A stretch of 64,000 nucleotides of DNA from NCBI GenBank assembly GCA_964016885.1, contig OZ024741.1, positions 73,284,001 through 73,348,000 of the forward strand. The letters run 5' to 3'. Of the stretch, positions 55,200-64,000 are shown piece after piece (position 1 is the first letter of the stretch; each line of letters begins with the position of its first letter). This DNA is from Eledone cirrhosa. Lineage: Eukaryota. The translations under genes were made by a program, and so were the position numbers. A model generated the notes under the pieces. The model ran no database searches, had not been told where the DNA came from, and was given only the letters and a program-made list of their open reading frames with translations.

Positions 55200-55720
55200 C
55201 TAGCCGACATGATAATGTCTTGTGGAAAGTACATCAAAAGGAGGCGCAGTAAACTACCTTCATATTGTCTCAAGAAACTTCTCTAAGTGGATTACAAGCA
55301 CATGGGATTTGTGAAGAAATTCACCAGATGACAAGGAAGGAAGGATCGAAAGTAACGGCTTGTTCTCTCTTACATCTTTGGACTTTGTGACCAAAAAAAG
55401 AAATCCTCCACCTCAGATGATGATCTGACATAGTAATTATAGAGAAAGTGTCAGGGGAATGTACAATTGTTGACAGTCATTTCAACTGACACAAACGTGA
55501 CCAACAAGGAACAGGAAAAGACAGGAAAAGACTGAAAAGTACCGAGGGTCTTGCTAGGGAGATAAGGACATTGTGGAATATCTCTGCAGAAGTAATCCCA
55601 TTGTTACTGGTGCGTTAGGGACTGATACCAAACGAATAGAAATATCCTTGAAAAACAGGATAATAACAAAAGTGGCGTTCAAACGTCTGCCAACCTAGAT
55701 ACGGTAAGAATCATCCTTAA
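55200..55720 (+). mobile_element. decayed R4/Dong-like LINE, restriction-like endonuclease region
   Basis: RHDNV..KVH, SDIVIIEK...CTIVD, EKTEKYR.LAREIRTLWN, I.IVTGALG; frameshifted. Confidence 0.7.
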
Positions 55721-55744
55721 GGACAAAAATTCTAATTTTATAAT

Positions 55745-55960
55745 AATAATGTTTTCTGATTTAGGAACAAGACCAACAATTTTTGGGGGATAGGAAAGTC
55801 GATTAAATCGATCCCAGTGCATTACTAGCACTTTATTTTATCGACCCCGTAAGGATGAAAGGCAAAGCTAACTCCGGCGGGATTTGAACTGTAAAGAACA
55901 GAAACAAATATCACAAAGCATGTTACCCAATAATTTAACGATTTTGCCAATGAACTGCCC
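55745..55960 (-). mobile_element. SINE family 1
   Basis: Family core. Confidence 0.8.
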
Positions 55961-57659
55961 TTTACCTAGAGTTAAATAATAACAGCAACATATTGTTATG
56001 TAGACTCAGCTGTAGATAGATAAGTAGTTTGACCAAAGATGCAATACAATGCTGGTAAAAGGATACAAACTATCGAACACTTGGTTCGATACCCTATAGA
56101 CCGTGTCACCTATATACTTAATTACTTTATACTAAATAATCCTACCTCTTTAATTTCCAGATTTCGGTCAAAATCTTAGAGGAATATCTTTGAAGAAGCA
56201 ACACTACAGATTATATGTGGATACTTCAAATGACAGATGCAGCAGCTAAATCATCCTCAATCATACCCCTATATTTTACAACCGAGAAGAACACAGACAG
56301 AAGGGTCATGGCAGGAATGAGTTTGATTGCAGTTCTGTTCGATCAGATGGTCAATTGGTGGAATATGTGGTAAATTGGAAAAAACTTTAGAGCACCAGAC
56401 GAATGTATTGCGGCATCTGTTCCGGCTTTGGGTTAAAATTCTGCAGAGGTCAAATATTTCTTTCATCCTTCCCGGATCAATAAAATAAAGAACTAGTCAA
56501 GTACTATATTTAATTCAACGCACTCCCTCTTTTCTCGTATCCCCCCCTCTCTCTCTCTTTCACACACACAAATACACACAATCCGCCAAACTCCATTATT
56601 CAAATGAAGATACCAGCTGGTACCAAGCACGCATAACGAGCGGGTGATTAGTTGTATGCTAGCAACCTCTTCTTATGAAAAACGAAACTGACCCCTCCTC
56701 CCTACCCAGATATTGTCTTTGCAGCTCATATATACATATATACATATATATATATATATAAATCGATGAGCGGGGACGGATTGATGTGGGATGAAGCACG
56801 GAGCAAACTAAAGAATACTCGATCATAGTTGACCTGGGGCTAAACAACAACATACTTGATGATTGGAACTTCTCTTCATCCTATCATCATCTCGATCATT
56901 ATTGCAACCATAATCACGGTGTCTCTACACCATCATTACACTACCATCATCCCCACCATTACCAACCTCATTACCACCCCCACTACCTTCATTATGACTT
57001 ACATAACCACCGCCAATGTCACCAAAATCATTATTACTACCACCATTTCCCCCATCATTACAAGCGCCATCACAACACAGTCATTACCACTCCATTTCCA
57101 CCACCATTACCGCCACCATTACTACCACCATTACCGCCACCATTACTACCACCATTACCGTCACCACCATTACCATTAGCATTGCCACAATCATCAAACC
57201 ATCATCATTACTACACCATTACCATCACGCCTCACACCACCACCGCCATTACCACCATCATCAGACTACAAACAGACGATTACGTGTCTTCTAAAAGATA
57301 GAGTTATTGATTAACTATTTTAATAATTTAATAACCGTTACTGAGCTAATTAGTAGCGAGTAGTTAGCAATTTCTCATTACACATTTACACATTTGTTTT
57401 TCAGAACATTGAAGACAGAATGGCGTTGCTCCGACATTTTAACAATATGGCGGCTTTTTTTTTTATTGTCGTAGGTTGATATCGTTTGTTTCTTCGTTAT
57501 GATTAGCATTGTTACCTTGTTATAGTTAAAATTGCTGTCTCATTATAGATTTGCTGTTTTGTGTTAGTATCATTGACCTATTGTAGTTTTCTAGTCTAAA
57601 TAAAGTTAACTTTCCTTTTGCTCCACATTGGCTTTCAGATTTGTTTTCTTGATGAAATC

Positions 57660-57840
57660 GGTGTATTTTGTCCCCTTAGTAGCCTAGTGGTCAGGGTAAT
57701 TCGACTCACGATCTTAAGGTCGTGGATTCTTCATCAAAATACTTTTTACGTTGCTCCTTCTAACAGGAGTTGCGACCGGTACGTAGTATTGGCAAGGGAC
57801 ATACCAACAGAAACATAGTTTGCTTGGTCTGATATGACAA
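57660..57840 (+). mobile_element. SINE family 2
   Basis: A box tagcctagtggt; body tacgttgctccttcta.caggagttgcgacc shared with 19027-19250. Confidence 0.7.
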
Positions 57841-58014
57841 TCAGGCTCTAACCCTTTTCCTGTTTTCTTTAGTTTTCTTGCTTCCAATTTTTTCTATTGT
57901 TTCAAATTTAGCGTTGTTATTATTTTTAAGTATTTGGTCTCATTTTTCTCATCATATGGCTTAACATACATGTATACATATTTGTTAACACACACACACA
58001 AACACACACACACG

Positions 58015-58134
<120 letters not shown>

Positions 58135-58474
58135 CATACATATATATATGTATATATGTGTGTATGAGTAAGTATGTGTGTGTATGTGTGTGTGTGGAAA
58201 ATAAACGGAAAAACAGACAATAAATTTCAATGGAGATAAATATTAGTTTCACATTTAATGTAGTAGTAATTGTTTATAGATCATATAATAACAGAATATT
58301 ATATTATATTTACATATGTAATATATCATATTACGTATATATATATATATATATATACATATGTGTGTGTGTATATATATATATATGTGTGTGTACGTGT
58401 GTCCACATATACTGATGTAAGTATTTAAAAACGAACTGATATATAATGAAATTATAGTAATGCTGAAAGACTAA

Positions 58475-59391
58475 CATCCGAAAAGTGATGACACTTTTCC
58501 TATTATATGAACCATTAAACTAATATATAACATCATTGTACTGTATTGTCTCTCTGCGTTGCTTTTCCTCATTGACTTCGAATACACACACACAATGGTC
58601 TTCCGTTGCTTACCTTGTCTATACGGGGCTTCACAACTGTTTCCAACAGGTCCTTGTTGACAGCAGCATTGATTCTTAAACCCTGAGAAAAAAATGAGGA
58701 GGCATGACATCTCTCTCATTGCTGACCCCACCCAGAACCATCACAGTCACTGGAAATTTGGTGTGCATGACTGCTGTAACCCCATTTGGATCTATCATTC
58801 CTTCGGTTTACATTTTGGTCCTGATCAAAGTTTTTCTCATCAGAAAATAACCAAAGCATTCCAGCCTCTTGATGTTTATTTTATTCAGTAAGCGTTTTGC
58901 GTGGACTAAACGCTTTTCTTTTGTCACATCTGATATAAACTAGCCTCTCCGCATCACATACGACTTGTATCGGATGTCTTTATTGACAAGTCTTCTGATG
59001 GTGCATTCTGAAACTTTAAGATGCTTTGTGATGGCTCTGATTGACTTTCCTCGGCATTTATCGATTAATCTTTTAACTTTTTTACAAACGTGGGCGTTAT
59101 GATTGTATTAGGACCTTGTGCATCTGTTTTCCGCTTGGCTGCTGATGTTGAATCCCCCTCACCAGCTTCCAGATCCTTTCTAACTTCGACGACAAAATTT
59201 CGAGAAACTTTCAAAAAGAAGGCTATTGCTGTATCACTATATTGTGCTTTTAAAGCAACAACTACTACGTGTCTTTTCATTTACTGAGTCAATTTAATGT
59301 CCGGCACTATTTATCTGAAAAAAAAAGAAAAGAATTAGTAATAAGAAAGTTAGTGCTCAAGAAAGAGGTGTCCATAAAACAATTTTCACGG

Positions 59392-59393
<2 letters not shown>
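58475..59393 (-). mobile_element. decayed Tc1/mariner-superfamily transposon (maT/DD37D-like)
   Basis: HTH IAFFLKVSRNFVVEVRK, second HTH SIRAITKHLKVSECTIRR, FSDEKNFDQDQ, HTKFPVTVMVLG.VSNE.DVMPPHFF; diverged TIR-like ends ccgaaaagtgatgacac / ccgtgaaaattgttttatggacac. Confidence 0.85.
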
Positions 59394-59440
<47 letters not shown>

Positions 59441-59495
59441 AGGAAAGGTAAAGAAAAAGAGAGTGCTCTATGTAGGCTACATAGCTTTTTAGTTA

Positions 59496-59682
59496 TGTAA
59501 TAAACAACATAAGATAATTATTTCATTTACCAAAGGTTTCACGAAGACAGACGAGCTTGACACTTATGTCTCCCTTCAATCATCAGAATGGATTTATTGA
59601 AATGATTGAAGGCAGACATAAGTGTCAGGCTCGTCTGTCTTCGTGAAACCTTTGGTAAATGAAATAATTATCTTATGTTGTT

Positions 59683-59689
<7 letters not shown>
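59496..59689. mobile_element. PLE pLTR remnant: 88 bp-arm palindrome
   Basis: Arms 59496-59583 and 59602-59689 are near perfect. Confidence 0.85.
59524..59590 (-). ncRNA. type I hammerhead ribozyme
   Basis: Minus strand catt-CTGATGA-t-tgaag..agac/gtct..cttcg-t-GAAAC-cttt-g-GTA-aatg. Confidence 0.75.
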
Positions 59690-59771
<82 letters not shown>

Positions 59772-59997
59772 TGTCAAAGGCATCATGTGGAGATTCAGGA
59801 GTTAAAAAGATGTTCCGCTTGAAATAACACAATTCCAGGCACCACTGGTTAGAAGTGTAATAGGTATAAGTAAAAGTAAAAAGCATAAGCAAAAAAATCA
59901 CAAGCAAAAAAACACAGGCAAAGAAGTTATAAGCAAGGACGATTGGTGTACAATGCAGGAGTCAATACAGTCAATAATGCATGTATGAGGAGAGAGT

Positions 59998-60157
59998 TAT
60001 AATTGTTTCTACTTCAGGTACAAGGCCAGCAATTACCCAGTACATTACTGGTACTTTATTTTATCGACCCCGTAAGGATGAAAGGCAAAGTCAACCTCGG
60101 CGGGATTTGAACTCAGATCGTAAAGGGACGTAACTATGCTGGAAAGCATGGCGTCCT
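59998..60157 (-). mobile_element. SINE family 1, 5'-truncated
   Basis: Family core. Confidence 0.85.
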
Positions 60158-60564
60158 AATGCAGTTGAAATAAACATATTTTGTGTGGGGTGTTAGAGCA
60201 TGTTATATTTGTTATAAATGTTTAAGATAGTGTGCAATTTGTTAGAGAGGCATGTGGTGATAATGTAGGTTTTTTTTATGTAAGGTGTAATGTAAAGCAC
60301 TAGATAGAGTTCGGTATGTGATTTTCATTTCTGTGTTTTTGTGTTGTATTTCGTATTTATGTGCATGTGTTGTTTGTTACTCACAGCTATTAACCATGGG
60401 ATTATTTTAAGTCATTTATAGTCAATAGGTGTTTGTTTGCTAAATGTAAATTCCTCCGAATTACTGGCCATGTTATTATTTTAGGTATATTATCTTATGC
60501 ATTATTTATCTTTTCTAGGGTTTGTATTAACCGTTATTATGCTGTTGGTAAACCGTTATGTTGC

Positions 60565-60642
<78 letters not shown>

Positions 60643-60812
60643 TTATGTATATATACTTGTATTTGCAAATATATATCTACATGGGCAAACACGGCTCTCT
60701 GGTTAAGAAGTTCGCTGCGCAACTACATGGGTCCTTCTGCAAGAATCCTCTACAAGAGCATCAGGTTGACCAATGCCAAATGCGTGAAACTGCAAGAACC
60801 CATTATATATAT

Positions 60813-60931
<119 letters not shown>

Positions 60932-61453
60932 CGTGTGCGTATAAAGGCTGATTGCATTTCTGTCTGTATTTATAGCCCGTAACCTAGCAGTTCGACAAAA
61001 AACATCGATGAAATAAGTACCAGACTTGAAAAAAAAATTTCTTCGACAAAATCTCATACAGGCGGAACTCCAGCATGCCCCCAGTTTAATGACTGATAAG
61101 ATTAAAGGAATATATATATGTATGTATATACACATACACACACACGTGAGGACGAGTGCGTGCGAATATAAAGCAACCGCCTTGTAACGAGATGCAAAGT
61201 CATTCCACATTACTTGTGGAACACTTTGATCAATAATAATCTATTTGATTTACGTTATTTCAGTTGTTGGAATCGTGACAAAATTCTTACTGAAGGATCG
61301 TTGCTTCTGACTTTCGACGCAATTCTTTCCACTCAATTTTGTCACGATGTTCACAAGAAATTTTTTCACATTTCTCTAAATAATTGTCACTCGACATCTT
61401 TTCGTTAAATTATTCTTTATTTTATATATTTTTCCTACTTAATACACAAGCAT

Positions 61454-61499
<46 letters not shown>

Positions 61500-61513
61500 T
61501 CCCCCCCCCCCTT

Positions 61514-61549
<36 letters not shown>

Positions 61550-62472
61550 GCACACATATTAATACATGTGATATATATATATATGTGTGTGTCACATACA
61601 CATATTAATACATGTGATATATATATATATGTGTGTGTGTGTATGATGTATATATATATATATATATGAATATATATATACACATGTGTGTGCGTTTGTG
61701 CTGAAGAGATATGTCTTAAAGAAATATCTTCTGCCATATGAAGAATGGAATAGGACTGAAGAATTGTTGAAATTGAGGACTGCAAGACGAGATGAATAGA
61801 TATTGAGGTGGCATGAACATGAGGGCGTCGGCGACGACGGCTACAATGATGATATTGTTGATGATGATGATGATAATGTTGATGTGGACGACAATGATGA
61901 TAATGATAAAGATGCTAGAGCTGATGATAAAGATGAAGCTGATGGTGATGTTGATGGTGATGTTGACGGTAGTGACAACTTACAGAAAATTGAACTATTG
62001 GGCTCTGCACATGCATAATATAAAAATTACACACATACAAAACTCTGAAAATATCATTATTAGGCATACATCATGTATCCCAGATATTCGCGAATGGACC
62101 CCCGTCGGTTTCGACGATGAATGTTCCTGTATTTCTATCAACACAATAACTTGTTTCTGAATTAACGTATAAATGACTGAGCATTCCACAGATACGAGTT
62201 CCTTTTACGCAATTCTCATGGTGATTCAGCGTGACAGTGGGGGAGAAGGCTGACCTTATTGAATTGTAGGTACAGTCCAACCGATGAGCTTCAAACTGTT
62301 TCTATCAACCGAATTTCACTCACACAGCATAGGTTGACACGGGGTTATGCTAAATGACCCTTGCCCAAGATGCCATTCAGTGAGATTAAACTCGAGAATT
62401 ATTGCTTGCTAAACTACCACACTTTAGAATGCATAAACATAATATGGAAGGTTCTTACTGGGATATTTGCGG

Positions 62473-64000
62473 GGAAGGAATACAACCAAAGGAACAAAAA
62501 GGAAGGAATACAACCAAGGGAACAAAAAGGAAGGAATACAACCAAGGGAACAAAAAGGAAGGAATATAACCAAGGGAACAAAAAGGAAGGAATATAACCA
62601 AGGGAACAAAAAGGAAGGAATACAACCAAGGGAACAAAAAGGAAGGAATACAACCAAGGGAACAAAAAGGAAGGAATATAACCAAGGGAACAAAAAGGAA
62701 GGAATACAACCAAGGGAACAAAAAGGAAGGAATATAACCAAGGGAACAATAAGGAAGGAATACAACCAAGGGAACAAAAATGAAGGAATACAACCAAGGG
62801 AACAAAAAGGAAGGAATATAACCAAGGGAACAAAAAGGAAGGAATATAACCAAGGGAACAAAAAGGAAGGAATACAACCAAGGGAACAAAAAGGAAGGAA
62901 TACAACCAAAGGAACAAAAAGGAAGGAATATAACCAAGGGAACAAAAAGGAAGGAATACAACCAAAGGAACAAAAAGGAAGGAATATAACCAAGGGAACA
63001 AAAAGGAAGGAATACAACCAAGGGAACAAAAAGGAAGGAATACAACCAAGGGAACAAAAAGGAAGGAATACAACCAAGGGAACAAAAAGGAAGGAATATA
63101 ACCATAGGAACAAAAAGGAAGGAATACAACCAAGGGAACAAAAAGGAAGGAATACAACCAAAGGAACAAAAAGGAAGGAATATAACCAAGGGAACAAAAA
63201 GGAAGGAATACAACCAAGGGAACAAAAAGGAAGGAATACAACCAAGGGAACAAAAAGGAAGGAATACAACCAAGGAAACAAAAAGGAAGGAATATAACCA
63301 AGGGAACAAAAAGGAAGGAATACAACCAAGGGAACAAAAAGGAAGGAATATAACCAAGGGAACAAAAAGGAAGGAATACAACCAAGGGAACAAAAAGGAA
63401 GGAATACAACCAAAGGAACAAAAAGGAAGGAATACAACCAAGTGAACAAAAAGGAAGGAATACAACCAAAGGAACAAAAAGGAAGGAATACAACCAAAGG
63501 AACAAAAAGGAAGGAATATAACCAAGGGAACAAAAAGGAAGGAATACAACCATAGGAACAAAAAGGAAGTAATACAACCAAGGGAACAAAAAGGAAGGAA
63601 TACAACCAAAGGAACAAAAAGGAAGGAATATAACCAAGGGAACAAAAAGGAAGGAATACAACCAAGGGAACAAAAAGGAAGGAATACAACCAAGGGAACA
63701 AAAAGGAAGGAATACAACCAAGGGAACAAAAAGGAAGGAATATAACCATAGGAACAAAAAGGAAGGAATACAACCAAGGGAACAAAAAGGAAGGAATACA
63801 ACCAAAGGAACAAAAAGGAAGGAATATAACCAAGGGAACAAAAAGGAAGGAATACAACCAAGGGAACAAAAAGGAAGGAATACAACCAAGGGAACAAAAA
63901 GGAAGGAATACAACCAAGGGAACAAAAAGGAAGGAATACAACCAAGGGAACAAAAAGGAAGGAATATAACCATAGGAACAAAAAGGAAGGAATACAACCA
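62473..64000. repeat. 28 bp tandem minisatellite (ggaaggaataYaaccaagggaacaaaaa), >50 copies, running off the window
   Basis: Seen directly; no spacers; the long ORFs are translations of the repeat. Confidence 0.98.

Noticed and set aside
62473-64000. CRISPR array or 500-aa membrane proteins
   Set aside because: No unique spacers, eukaryotic context, and the ORFs simply cycle through the 28 bp unit.

Overview
Repeat-dominated animal genomic DNA. The SINE families and the dense (TA)n/(CA)n/(GA)n/(GATA)n microsatellites are characteristic of an octopod cephalopod genome (inference). No host protein-coding exon could be supported, and most ORF-track entries are microsatellite translations. Main contents: (1) two related but distinct, near full-length Tx1/L1-group LINEs in head-to-tail tandem on the minus strand (37152-42874, 42979-48794), each bounded on both sides by (GATA)n, with intact APE-RT-zinc-finger ORF2s, an ORF1 stop codon lying in frame with ORF2 and inside a 5' splice consensus, and conserved 3'UTR hairpins; (2) a dense set of Penelope-like element (PLE) remnants: GIY-YIG and RT fragments plus about 10 intact or degenerate type I hammerhead ribozyme motifs, most associated with inverted repeats, several of which fold back at the ribozyme's own stems; (3) tRNA-derived SINEs, RTE, CR1-group and R4/Dong LINE fragments, a non-autonomous Helitron, a maT/DD37D-like transposon remnant and two minisatellites. 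All structures and alignments were read by eye; coordinates of degenerate elements are approximate.
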